64,000 bases of DNA, from the NCBI GenBank assembly GCA_965202585.1, contig OZ241827.1, positions 12,834,001-12,898,000 on the forward strand. Direction: 5' to 3'. The position numbers and the translations under genes are program-made. The DNA comes from Thalia democratica (taxonomy: Eukaryota). Of this stretch, positions 1-13,300 are shown one piece after another (the first letter of the stretch is position 1; each line of letters opens with the position of its first letter). A model generated the notes under the pieces. That model searched no databases and had not been told where the DNA came from. It saw only the letters and a list, made by a program, of their open reading frames with translations.

Positions 1-779
1 TTTCAATATTTCTTATATACATATTAAACTTTCTTGAATGGTCTTCCCTTAGTTCATTTTTAAGCTTGATACTACACATACCTATTACCAATCTAAAATT
101 GCTCAAATAATGATTGTTTTTACTTATTTCAGATTTAATGAAAATTACTTTTAACTAGGTTACAAAATAGCTATTCAATATAATTAGTTTTATAAAAATT
201 TGGAAAATTAATGGTTTTATGTTTTGATGGGTTACAAAATAGATATTTAATATAAATAATTTAATAAAAACTTGAAAAATTAATTACTTTTTGTTTTATT
301 GGGTTACAAAATAGATATTCAAATTATTTTTTTTAATGGTTAGTTTGATAAAAAGTTGTACAAAAGCTTATTTTTATCTCTTTAATTCTTTGTTTTAATG
401 AAAAATGTTTTATGTTAAAATTTTTATTTAACAACCTAAAATATTTTAATTTTTTTGACAATACAAGACTTTATCACCGGTCAAATACATAAATAATATC
501 TTTTTTACGTTTAAAAATCGTGTCTATGTTTTTGAACAGTTTTTAGTTTAAAACCAAAGGTTTTTTTCAGATAAACCAAAAATCAGTTTAAGTTTAAAAA
601 GAATCTTTCGTTATGGAAGCGTAAACTTTAAAATTCAGTTTCTTTAAATAATACATAAATTTTTTTATAAAGTTTGTTTGAACTTTTAAGTATATGTAAT
701 ATAAATATACTTATTAACATTGCTAAATGGATTACTTTTTATTAATACTTTTGTAACTAATTTATATTTAAAAATAGTA

Positions 780-1419
780 GTTATAGTGATTTATCCTGTC
801 AAAACTAAAGACAACCAGAAAAATAACTAGAGGTAGAACTTTTAGCCAGTATATAATTATTTTAATCACATAAAAAGCACACCAAAGTTAGATAGCTGAA
901 TCAAGTATAACCAAATAGTCATTTTTCTTACTACTTTATTGCTTTTCCCCACTTTAACACTTGATTATCATATTTGCTAAATAAATGTTGACAAGTTTAG
1001 CGCAAAATATATCCAAATGTTTATTTAAATTGTCCTATATACATTATATAAAAAAGTTAGATTTTAGAAATATGAAGCCTTTGATAGTTTATTAGCAAAG
1101 TAAACATTAGCAAAAATTAGCTTGCCAATAATGAAAAGTACTAATCTAGTTTTAGATAAATTGATTAATAATAGGTTAGCACTAAAAAATTTAGAACCAG
1201 AAGTTTTAAAACAAATTTTAAAGCTAGCCTGTTGTGAAATTTAATTCACATTTAGCAATTAGATGTACAAACAAACTGATGCAATCTCAATGGGATTTTC
1301 ACTCAGGGAAATATTTTTTAAATGTTTTCGTTGGTTTTCATGAACACCAAATCGTTAAAGATGATTCTCCTATATGTTGTAAGCAATATGTTGATGACAC
1401 GTTCGCTACCTTTCAGTAA
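780..1419 (+). mobile_element. Decayed Penelope-like retroelement reverse transcriptase fragment
   Basis: Joining frames across stops and one frameshift gives VLKQILKLACCEI*FTFSN*MYKQTDAISMGFSLREIF-NVFVGFHEHQIVKDDSPICCKQYVDDTFATFQ. This matches the PLE RT pattern F.FN..MY.Q.DGVAMGSPL...LANIFVG...YVDDTF. The left boundary is approximate. Confidence 0.75.
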
Positions 1420-1465
1420 TATACTTAGAAATCAGTCCTGGACAAGAAGTTAAAAGGTATCCAGG

Positions 1466-1552
1466 TGGTGTGCGACTCGAAAACCGGAAATCGTGCACCA
1501 GGTCCTAGGACCAAATATTTTGACAACTGTTTTTGTCGTTCAATAAACTACA
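1466..1552 (-). repeat. Dispersed ~90-bp repeat family X (TIR-like end TATAGTTTATTGAACGAC...CTCAAAATATTTGGTCC), copy 1
   Basis: Same motif at 4561-4645(+), 6168-6256(+), 7003-7066(-), 38296-38385(+), 39478-39535(+) and 45862-45935(-). Confidence 0.75.
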
Positions 1553-4319
1553 TAGATGAAAAATGCAATCGATAACAAGCTAGCATTTATATGTTTTAGT
1601 TCAATGGGTGAATCGTAATTTCTATAAAAATATATATAGAAAAAGTACTTTAAGTGGCAAATAAATCCCGTAAAATTCAAATAGCTTCATCAATCAAAAG
1701 TAAATTCAATAAGTTGCCTTTCCTATGTATAAAGCAACGATTTTTCTTAGTAAAAATAATAAATAGCAGGATTAACAAATGTGGAAAACTTTTTTTAGCT
1801 CTAGGATATCCACTGGGTATTATAATGTCGACTTATGCAAAAAAAGAAGGCCAAGTTTATTTTGTTGAAATTCGGACCTAAAAATTGCGCGGTATGATTT
1901 AAATTACCAAACAACACAGTTGTCCAAAATATTTTGAAGAAATTGATTGAGAACTATTACAGATCAGTTAATTTAAAATTAGTGTATTAAACAAATAAAC
2001 TGTTTAAGTTTAACAATAGAGAAAAACTACCAGTCTTTAGTACAACAATTTAGTGTATAATTTTTTTGTGTTCGCAACCAAACATACGTGGGTAACAAAG
2101 TAACCAAAATTTATAAAAAGTTCAATTACAAAACCTAAACAATTTTTATCTAACAAAAAAAGGGTGTTGGTAAACTACAGAAAATTAGTAGTATTCCAGC
2201 AATTGGTCAACGTTTGGTTAACAATTCGAAATGATTTAATATTATAGTTTGATATAATATTAATTCTACGTAATCATTCCATTTTTAAGACTCTAGAACC
2301 AGTTTGCATTTTACCCTTCAACAAGAACTTTACAAACAAGAGACACTTGTCTATTCCTCCAAATTTTTTATTTCTTTGAATTTACATTGATGAGTTGTAT
2401 GCTCTATTTTAGGATTCAGTATTGCTTCAGTCAGCAGGTCAAAAGTAAGAAAAAAACAGTTGTTGGCGAACCAGATCATTATATTTAATCGTCAAAAATT
2501 ACCCGGATATCTAGTATAGTTGTTCGTAAACTTTACCTATGACATTTTTTTTTCATTTCCCTCTTCATTTTCAACTGTACAGTAAATGCAATGCCTTTTA
2601 TGGGGCACCACGTTTTACATTCATGGGCCGCAGTTTTCCGAACCCTAATTTAAGTGTATGTTTCAAATTTAGTTTTAAAAAGACTAGTTTAAAAATTGGA
2701 TTTAGAAGCGTGAGTCTAAATTTTTACCTTTTACGTGCCTTATTCCACTTCTTTTGCTTGCCATTAACGGGCCGGTCAATTTTAACTTCGGTGCCCACCT
2801 CTACTCTATTTAGTTCGTAAAACATTTGTGTTACATTTTTTTACAGATTAATTTTTGCTTTATTTAGAAAGTTTTTAACTTACTTACGTTATTTTAAACT
2901 AATTTGTTAACAGTCTATTTTTTTAGCTATTACTATTTATTTTACAGTTATTACAAAATTTTAAACCACGAGTTAAATACTAAGGCATAGACGAAAAGTA
3001 CTCTTGTTATTTGATTATGTTTAATAAAAATGTGCTACTGTAGTTTATAAGTTTTTGTACTTTATAAAAATGTCTAAAACAAAAAAAATACTTTATTATT
3101 TAAAAAACAATTATTTTCACTGATAATTTTTCTTACAATTATATTACACGATAAAACATCTTTACAATATTTAAAAAAAAAGAATAAAGTAAATGGTTAT
3201 AATTAAGATTTTATTGCTTATAGAGAATCAGTTACTGTATTTTTTTTGCTCTGACACTCTTTTAAAATTAAAATAGTTTACATGTTTTAGAAAGTTTCAA
3301 AATATTGATCAATCATAAACTTCAGCAAAATTATAGTGACGTAATAATAGAGATAAGTAACCATTTTCGAGTAATGTTTCTCAATCTATTTGTACATAAG
3401 ATAATTATTTTAAAGCAATTTCAATGAACAGAAAATTGAAAATCTCTCTCTATTCAGTTGTTATTTACTGATTATCTGAAACCAGTATAAATTTTTAGCA
3501 ACATACTTTCTGCTTAACCTATAAAATAACAAATAGTTTACAAAAACTTCATTGTGAACTTTTAACATTGTTATTTTGATAACACTTATTGGCTTCAAGT
3601 TTTTTTTAAGGTAGAGAAACATCAGAGAACACACTCTCCCCTTTAATTAAATTAGTTAAATTGAGTTCTTTAATCTTTGCTTGTATATTAATATCTTACC
3701 AATAGAACTCACCACTGGAATGTTGAATTATGTTTATTTTTGAATTTTTTCAGTTTGAACAGTTTCTTATCAAGCTAATTTCATTTACTTGTTCTATCAA
3801 ATAAGTATCATCTGTCTTACTTAAATAAGATCACTCAAGTTTCAAAATCAATTACTAATCTGATAAGATTGTTACAGACTTCAGTTTTGTTTGTTTTCAG
3901 ATTTGTTTTAAATTGAATTTAATGTGATTTGTTACCATTTATGAACTTATTCATTTTGTCAGTATTTTCTACCATCATTAAGTTTAATATTCCTATCTTT
4001 TAACTGGTATTAGGTATTCTAGTATTTAAACTTGTTGAATAGTTTTAGTTTAAAAATTATATTAATTTTGAAAAAAAGTTGACAAGCATACTATAAAAAT
4101 AAATCAAGTGGACATATTTCCATTTGTTTCAAACATTAGCATATAAATAAACTTCTCTTTCCTTGCTTTTTAATATCTTTGCTTCAATAAAAGACAAGTA
4201 TTTTATCACGAGTAATATCAAAAAATTATAAACATTAGTGTATGGAAATTAAAATGGGATGAAGGTAGTCTTCCTCTTTTGATTTTAAAGACCGGCAGGA
4301 TTGAATTTTAGATAACAAA

Positions 4320-4425
4320 AATAAAAAATGGTAAGAACCATTAAAAAAAATCAGTCACAGTCTTATACAAGCACTTTAAAGAGATCTTTCGTTTATTAAA
4401 AAACAAACATTTTCAATTCTTATTC
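4320..4425. repeat. ~105-bp dispersed direct repeat, second copy at ~42733-42838
   Basis: ATGGTAAGAACCATTAAAAAAAATCAGTCACAGTCTTATACAAGCACTTT(A/G)AAGAGATCTTTCGTTTATTAAAA is nearly identical at both sites. Confidence 0.85.
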
Positions 4426-4560
4426 AAATAGAATTCATTACTATATGGCTAAATACTTTCTACAGAATTGTTATGGTGCAAATTCATTTATACTCTTTAT
4501 AAGCTGTGTGTAAAATGTTTATATATCATTTAGCACAGTGATCTTGTTAATTTTTTTTGG

Positions 4561-4645
4561 TATAGTTTATTGAACGACAAAAAAACGCTCAAAATATTTG
4601 GTTCAAAGACCCGGTGTACGAAAGAACCTTTCGGTTATCGAGTCG
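4561..4645 (+). repeat. Repeat family X copy 2
   Basis: Begins TATAGTTTATTGAACGACAAAAAAACGCTCAAAATATTTGGTTC. Confidence 0.75.
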
Positions 4646-5649
4646 TTTATTGATATCTGCAAACTTTTTGTTGAAAATCTTTTGCAGAAAGGAGTTTATA
4701 TTTTTTACAACTGTGTGTTTTTTTTGTCAAAATTAAGCAGTTGAAAAAAAAAATTTAATCTCAAGTTCCAATGTTTCTACAATAACATTGAAAAAACTTG
4801 TTAAGAATACATTTAAAGATTGTACACTATAACATTTGTCAGCTCTACAACAATAAAATGTAAGCAGAGAATAAATAATAATTCACAGCTGCTTTATTTA
4901 GTAACAATTTTTTCTTGAAGAAAAAACATAAATTTTACTTTGCCAACACTCTAACTTTAAAAAACTCAAGCTGAAGACATATTTTAGCGTACCTAGTGTT
5001 TTATTGCTACTTTGTCCTTTTGAGGAAAAATAGCCTAACATTACACATTTAATAATTGATTTTTGAAGTTATCTGATTTTTTTCTAAGTTTTGTTGATGT
5101 TTTTAATAAATTCATTGCTCATAGATCATTTGGATTCTAAAAATAGACAGAAAATTCAACTTCATAGTTTTTACAACATCCTTTTTAGAAAGATATATAT
5201 TTTTATGATAACTTTTCAAAATATAAATTTAAGTGTTTGCTAACAAAAGATTCTAAATACTTCACAAATTTCCTTAATTTTTTTAATAGCAATTTGAACT
5301 TGATGTTACTGTTATGTTTTTCTTTAAATGCAAAAAAAAAAAATTAAGTAAGAAAATTCTACTAACCTTAGTAATTGATGGATACAGTTATTAAGTCATT
5401 AAAAACCGTCGAACTGCTCTACGGTATGCCCTGCTGATAGAAAATCTTAAAGTAAATTGTGAATTTCTTGAAATATTTTATGATTTGATAAAATATTGTT
5501 TGGTGGCAGTTGATGTTAACACTTTTTCCTTGACTTGGTAAGCTTTGCCTACCACATCTATTTTGTATCTGTAACAAACAAATGTCATGATTTTGTAGGG
5601 CTGTTCAGAAAATATATAATATACAGTCTGTACAAAAATATCATCTCTC

Positions 5650-6050
5650 CGTTTTTTCCTTTTATGCCAATGCAGTTTGTCATTTTATTTATAGACATCT
5701 TGATTTTTACTGCACATTGGAACGCCAATGCTCCTTACGTTGCTTGGTTTCAGCCGACAAAACTTTTGTGCGCGCCGCATGCACAACAATAAAATCTGTC
5801 TACAATGTCCACAGGGAAAACTATCGTGACTTTCGAAGACATTCTTCCTGGAGGACAATTTGTTTCCATATTTGACAACGCTGCAAAACTTCGCCAGCTT
5901 TTTTCAATACATTGAGACATGGAGGCGCATCGAGTCATTGTACTCGATTCTTTCTTAAATTTTTACATCTAAACATCGCAACATTCTTCAAATCATAATT
6001 TGAACACTTGGAACGAAAAATTCATCTGAGTATCATGCAAAATCAAATGC
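5650..6050 (-). mobile_element. Possible decayed transposon coding fragment
   Basis: GC/CpG-richer island without clear splice structure. One minus frame reads FPCGHCRQILLLCMRRAQKFC (loosely SWIM-like) amid stops. Confidence 0.25.
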
Positions 6051-6167
6051 ATCGCATTTCGTGAAAAAACTTAGACACAAAAACAATTTATTTAGTTTTA
6101 TTTTCTCTTTCATTTTTTATGTATTATTGACCTAAAAGTAAATAAACATACATTTTTTCAAGAAAGT

Positions 6168-7066
6168 AAGCTTATTGAACAAAAACGAAAAGATGCTCAA
6201 TTGGGCAAAAGGACCAGGGTGCACGAAAAGGCCTCTTAACCGAAGAGTCGCACACCAAACTTCCAATATCTTAATTAAATACAATCATCAATCTTATAAC
6301 ATACATTTAAGTCATATAGTAGTAGTTGTTATTCAATCGTTGAAAATGAAGCAAAACAAGTTATTAGTCAAGAACAAAAAGATGATTGAAATATGTATGT
6401 TTATTATTTTAACCTCCTGTTATGTTCTCAGTCAGCATTTGAATTTCGATAAATTTTCATTGCATCTTTTAGAACATAACAGTTATGAATCTATAACCGA
6501 AAGATGTTGTCGCTTCACCATCTCTTATTCGCAACGCTATTTAAATGTCTTTCAATCGATTGTCACCTGTTTTGAAAATTATCCAAAAGTAACTTGCTCC
6601 GAAATATCTAAAGTAATCTGTCTAAATTTTGTTCTGGAGAAGTTAACATACAAGTTGATCCTAATGTATTTTTTAAAGGGGGACTTAAATATAGGGCTAA
6701 CATATATAAAAATGCTCGTTTATTAAAAAATCTTATTATCTTCTTAAATGGCTACTCATGGAAACCTAAAAAATCAATATTTTACAATTCCCAAGTTTTC
6801 TTTGATTTATTGTAGTCTGAAGTGGAATTATTCTGAACTAAACTTTCCACAATACATAATTTGGAGAAGGGCTTTCTAAATTTTTTTAATTTTACATGGT
6901 TAAATACAAAAGGTACAATTAAAGACACATATCTTTTCTTAGATGAATCACAGTCTATAAAAAACTTTATATACTAGAAATATGCTTTAGTAGTAAAAGG
7001 ATTTTTGTGCTCCAGGTCTTAGGACCAAATATTTTGAAGGTATTTTTCGTCGTTCAATAAACTATA
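6168..7066 (-). mobile_element. Internally deleted DNA transposon: inward-facing family X ends around an hAT-like transposase relic
   Basis: Inverted family X copies at 6168-6256 and 7003-7066. The minus frame reads NKRAF-(62 aa with stops)-RW, similar in spacing to the hAT NPRAF...TRW segment (recalled consensus). Confidence 0.45.
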
Positions 7067-10000
7067 TAATAAAAAACTTGCATGAGTTGACCATGTTTTG
7101 GATACTTACCTCCTTTTAGAAGAACATATTGTTTTAATTTTTTTTTCAAAATCCGAATTATTACTTTCTATAATGTTTAAGCCAGGTCCTTACACACTAT
7201 TTTTCGATAAATTATTACAAAATAAGGCTCAATTACAAACTGACTAAATGGGTGTGTGCCTGTCTCCACCATTATATCGTGGAGTGCTTTTAGTTTGGAT
7301 TACGATTGAGGAACATATAACGGTAAACGTAACTTTTGAGTTTTTTGTCCAAATCCCTCTTTTTTAATGTTATCTTAAAGGTCACGTCAAAACCAAGGAT
7401 TAATTAATTCATTTTGTATTTAAAAATAATTTGCGACCTGCACGGCTGACCACATTTTGGAATTATTTTATGGTTTGTACAAATTTTTATCAAAATCAGA
7501 TTATCTCTTTCGTAAAGTAGTTAACCTAAGATCTTGTATAAGTTATTAGAATTTGATAGTGACTTCTACAAATGATGTGAAAATTACTTACGAAAACAAT
7601 TTCGATAAAATGTTTACGCACATGCAAAAGTAAACTTTATTATTTTATGCCTAGATATTATTTGTTATTAAGCTTTTGTTTGTACCATACATGATACTTA
7701 TTTTTTTCAACATAAAATAAGTTTCATAGTCGTTGTTTACAAATTCGTCTTTTAACCTCACCTATTAACAAGAGTTTATTAACAGACAATAACTTTCGTT
7801 AAAGGTTTTTATTTTCCCACAAAAAATTATGTGAAAAGAAAAACTAAGCTTACTGTTTGATACAAATCAGCACTCAACAAAGTAGAAGATGGCTGCAGTT
7901 TTTGACAAGTATTTTTAGGTTTTACAGAACATCGAGCAAATACACATTTTGTATTTGTTTTGATTAGCATTTAAATTAGGAACTTATCACAACTGCATTC
8001 CGCCTGTTTTAAATACAATTATTAATATACAAAATCTATACACAATTTTTTAGTCTCATGATGATTTCAGTAATAGTTTTTACAAGTTTCAAATCTTTAT
8101 AGCAAACAATTTTGCTTGTCTATATTGCTAAATTAAAAAAAGTCACTTCAAATAAATAATGTGTTTCCTCAAAAGTACATAATGTTAGATTATTATGCTT
8201 ATTTTAACGCACATATCATATTTTGATGACATGTTGAAAACATGAATTAACATTTAATAATGTACGCTACATAATTATGTTGAACTTTAATTTGTTATAA
8301 AACATTATAAATTTGATTTTGTCTCTGAACAATAGTTAAAATAGAGATTGATAAATTTTAATCACTAGTTATTTGAAAGTGTAAATTACCATACGTTGTT
8401 ATAAAGGGAAAAAGTTAAACTTACCTATTTGATGTTTATATTTCAGAAAAAGTTGAAACTAATTTATTTTCAGATAAGTTACTACCAAAAAATTCCTTTG
8501 AAACAAAAAAGTTGGTGCTGTATAAAATAGTTTCACAGTATTTAATAATATCTACTTTAAACTACAAATACTTTTACAAGTCTCTTTGGTTCATACATAC
8601 TAAACAAAAAAGAAATAAACAACGTAAAAGGCAAGAAAAATATATACGAATAACTTTTTCAAATCAAAGTTGCTCTTAGTGTAACTAAATATCTAATTGC
8701 TATCACAAATAAGTTAAAAATATTTCAAAGAATGAGGCAATAGTTCAGCTAGATTGAGCTATTAGTTTTCTCTCAACCCCAAGACATTGACGCACCAATT
8801 CATCAAAATATTGGAGGAGTTTGGTGTATCACAAGTGGAAGATTGTTAAAGCTTTTCAGAAAAAAAGTAATTAGTAAACTAAAGATAATTGGAAAGCAAA
8901 TGGATTACGATAATATGAGAGTGGAACAATAAGATTCATTTAAATCAACTTAGATCTTTTCAACAAGTTGAGACAGTGTCTCAACATAGTCGAAGAAATG
9001 AAATATTAAAGGACTGAAATCTGGCACCATAAAAACTTTTTACAGGAGAAGCGACTGGAACAATCAGTATTATAGAATGAACGCAAAATCTTCAGCTGTC
9101 ATCGTTGACTACAGTGTTACCACTCTTTGATTAAAAAAAAACTATCCTTAGTGACTAAAAACTGTCCAGAGTCATCATAAGTTTTTTTCAAATCCTTAAA
9201 CTTTATATATTCGTAAAAGTTAAGACTTCTTAATAAAATTGGTTACTAAATAAAAAATTTTGGACCAAACCACTAAATCTTATTCAAAATTAAGAAAAAA
9301 AAACTGATCTGAGATTTTCAGAAATATTAAAACTATCCGGAGTTTTTGAAAAATCAAAATATCCTGAATGTGTGGCAACCCTGGGACTACTTAAACAGAC
9401 TGCTGTCGGCAAACGCGGTTTATGTTGTTAAAGTGCATTATTGAAATATTCTAAAGGTACTTATAAATTAGCAGGATTTTAGAACAACACATCAGCAACT
9501 TTTTGGTTAAAGCAATTGAAAAAAACTGAAATGACAGTATTTCATGGAGAGGCAATACTGTCTAAAATGTACAGAAAGTTCAAGACTTTTAGACATTTGA
9601 AGGTAAAATAGTGCCAAGACATATTGTATGAAGTCATTATAAAAATTGTAAAATTTGCTCAACAATTGAGTACTTTTGCATACACTTCTAAAATACAAGC
9701 ATTATACTTTAATTTTTGTTACTGTTGAATTTTAATCTAGTTCTTTGTTTGTAAATCTCGTCAGAGTGTTTTAGATTGAATTAAGTAACTTTTTAATTCA
9801 TTGTTATTATAAATATTTATATACATGTTAATTTAGACTAATAATACAAAAATAAGATTAAATTATTTTTTGTTAAAATTAAGTTACTCAAATTAATAAA
9901 ATACACTTAAAAAAACAGCTTGAGGTTTATGCTAACTTATTTTTCAAAATGTCATTTGAAAAAGTCTCAAAAAAAGGCATATATTTTTCTTTTAACCTAC

Positions 10001-10301
10001 TAATATAATGAAGTTTCAGATAAAATTAATTTTTTCATTGTTTATTCTATAATGTTACTTTACTTAAACTAAAATTAATATACAAAGGTATAAACAAACG
10101 TGCAACAATTTATTGAAAGATAATCGTACTATTTTAAAAACTAAAAACAACCTAGCAAACATGTAAAATCTCTAAAATTAATTAAAGTATTCACTAAAAG
10201 AGCTGCAGTTAAAATTTCCTAAAATTAATCTAAAATCACAAACGATCTAATTTGTCGAATGTAACAAAATAAAGGGTTCTAATTGGACGTTATATCGCCA
10301 T

Positions 10302-13300
10302 CTAGCGTCTTCCACCCTTCTTACCGCCTTTTTTCTTGCCTCCGCTGTTGATATTAATAAAAATTTTATTTTTAAAATTTGCTCATAAAGTCGTATTAAG
10401 TTAAAATAATCTAGTCCTGAGCTACTCATTCATTATCTTTTACTTGTTGATTATCACTAGAAGCTTAACTTGATAACAGTTAAATAATATTAAAAGAATT
10501 TAAATTTATTTATAATCTTCAGCTTTCACAAAATTTAAATTGAAAATTTCAAGTTTCTTAGTAATAAAAAAAAAATAAAACTCACGTCGTTGATGGAAGG
10601 CGACCCATTTCCCTATTAACAGCCTGCAAAAATTATTAAATTTTATCAAACAATTTAAAAGGAATACTTTGTTGTTTACTTTTAACCTTTATTGTCAGTA
10701 AGTTATTACCAAGTTTGAAAATTCATAGTTAGTATTACAGCACAAATGGGTCTCATTTGTAATAAAAAAAAGTTTCAAATGACACTCAATTTTTTATAAA
10801 ATTTTTAATTTTACCCCACTTATCAAAAAATTTTCATTCCAAATATTTTATTTGCAACAATTGCAATCCTCCAAATTTAGCAAAATTCAATATTTACTAT
10901 TTTTAAACAAAATAATATTAGGTCATAATTATTATTTTCTATAAACTTTATTAAAATCGATCCCACCCTTCTCCATAACTAATCAAGGGATGTAACATGT
11001 ATCAAATAATATCCAATCTATTTTTTATTTTATTTAAACCTTAGTAACATTGATGCCTCCCTTCTTCTTCATCGTCTTCAGCAGCTTCATCTGCTCCTCC
11101 CTTTCTCCCTTCTTCAACAGCGGATCGAACTTTCTCTTCACTCCCTTCTCCTTCTTTTCTCCCTTCATCTCACCTTCGAACATTCCCATGCTGGCTGTTG
11201 ACTGCTTGGCGTGGTGGAACGCTTTGTTGAGCTGTAACAGATATAAGTTGAAAAACCTGACTTGGTAGGTGACTTAGTTAGACTTAGTTTGAATTTATAG
11301 GAAGACAAATGTAATTTTGGAAACTATTTATACTTAATTAGTTGTTACTTATTTGATTTATTTAGGTATACTACTTTTTATTATCTTGCCAAACTAGCAG
11401 CTGACTGTTCAGCGTGGTGGAACGCTTTGTTGAGCTGTAACAGATATAAGTTGAAAAACTTAATTTGGTTAGGTGACTCAGTTTGAAGTGATATTTATTT
11501 GAACAATTGAACTTATATACACTTAATTCAGAATTTACGCTTTGTTCAGCTGTGTTGATTTATATGATGGTTAAAAAATTTGCATGGCTTGATAACTAAG
11601 CTTAATTGAGCATGTTTGATTAAAAAATAACAAAAACTGGTTTAAATTTTCAGCTGGGCTTAATGGAACAACAAAGTACAAAAATATAAGGGTTGAACAG
11701 TTTAAATTTAAATTTAAAAACAATGAAAAAGGTCCTTGTCTTGGCGACTGACGCACAGCTTACAGTGATGTATAAGGTTATAGGTTATATGAATAAAAAT
11801 ACAGGTTGAAAGTTTTTTTAATGGCCAGTATATACTACAATGGTGTATTTAAAACTATTTGTCAAAAAATTATGTAAAATGTAAAAATATATTATAAAAA
11901 GTTTAATTAATAAAACAATAATGATAAAAAAAAAACTATTTCAAGTACTTAATAAGATAGTTTACAATCACGCAGAAATATCAGAATTTAAATTGTCTTT
12001 TTTATGCCTAAGTCAGGTTTTAAAATAATTTTTATTTGGAAACTAATTAACGTTTAAACTGTAGGTAATATCGTTGAATAAAACGTGTTTTTGATTTGTT
12101 TTATATATCATAAGATGTTTTATGATATAAATATAAGAGAACTATTTCAGATTAATAAAGTGTTTGACAAACAACTGTACAAGGGAGTAAAATTAATTTT
12201 TTTAAATATTGCTGGCTGTTGGATAGCAACGGAAATATATTTTTATTTTTAATATTTTATGTACTTTATTAATTCTTAACTTCTTTTTTTTCTATAGAAC
12301 CCACAAAAAATTAAGATTACTAAGAATAAATGATTTGTACAGCTGTAGTATAATACATAAAACAAGAAACTACAAAAATATTCTTTTGGCTGAGTAAGTC
12401 GCTGAAAACTATTAGTTGCTTCGAACTATTGCATGTATAAGCACATATCAAATACAGTATGTAAAAACAATAGTAAATTTTATTATTTAACAAGTATATT
12501 AAACAAACAATGAATTTATTCTTTCAAGACTTCTTTCTTAAACAAACAATTATAAAGACTACAATTTGCACAGATTGTTCACACAGACGCTTAAAAACAT
12601 GATTTAATAAAAATGAATAGCTTAAAAGGACTAAGGCAAGTTCTAAAGTTCGACAATTTTTTTTCGGTTACAAAAGACACGTATGAAAACCAGTATATAT
12701 AAAACTTATTTAAAACAAATCAAACAGATAGCCAATTAGCCTGATATGCTCAAAACGCATACGTGTATCAATAAACCAATCAGAATGCTTGATTTCCACT
12801 TCACGCATGGATGCACACGAGCGTGAAAGTTCAGCCCATCGAATTGCAATTACTTACTTGTTATTAATTTAAAAACTACTTGAGCCACAATATACAACAG
12901 CTTTTTGTTTGGGAGCTTTTCAGTGACATTAGGGCGTATTATGCCGTCATAATTTGTTTGTGATTTTTTTAGTGGGGTGTGACGTCATAATAGAAAAAAA
13001 AAAATTTACTAGACATATATAAATAAAATTGTAAGCTTACTGTTATTAATTTTAAACCCGCAACAAACAACAACACATTATAATAAATCCGCAACTTTTT
13101 ATATGTTATACATTCAGTGGCAGTACGGCTTTACGCGCTTTTGTGACGTCATAATTGAACGAAGAAAAACTTGAAATGTCAGCGAATTATGACGCGACTA
13201 AAAAGTAGTCGTTTTCGATAAAAAATATACTAGTGTTTGTAGGTTTTCAATGTGGATATTTGTTTAAATAGTGTTTTTACGAATACGTAATCAATTCAAA

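Noticed and set aside
6175-6726. 183-aa plus-strand ORF
   Set aside because: AT-rich, low-information translation that starts inside repeat family X. The opposite strand better fits a decayed transposase.
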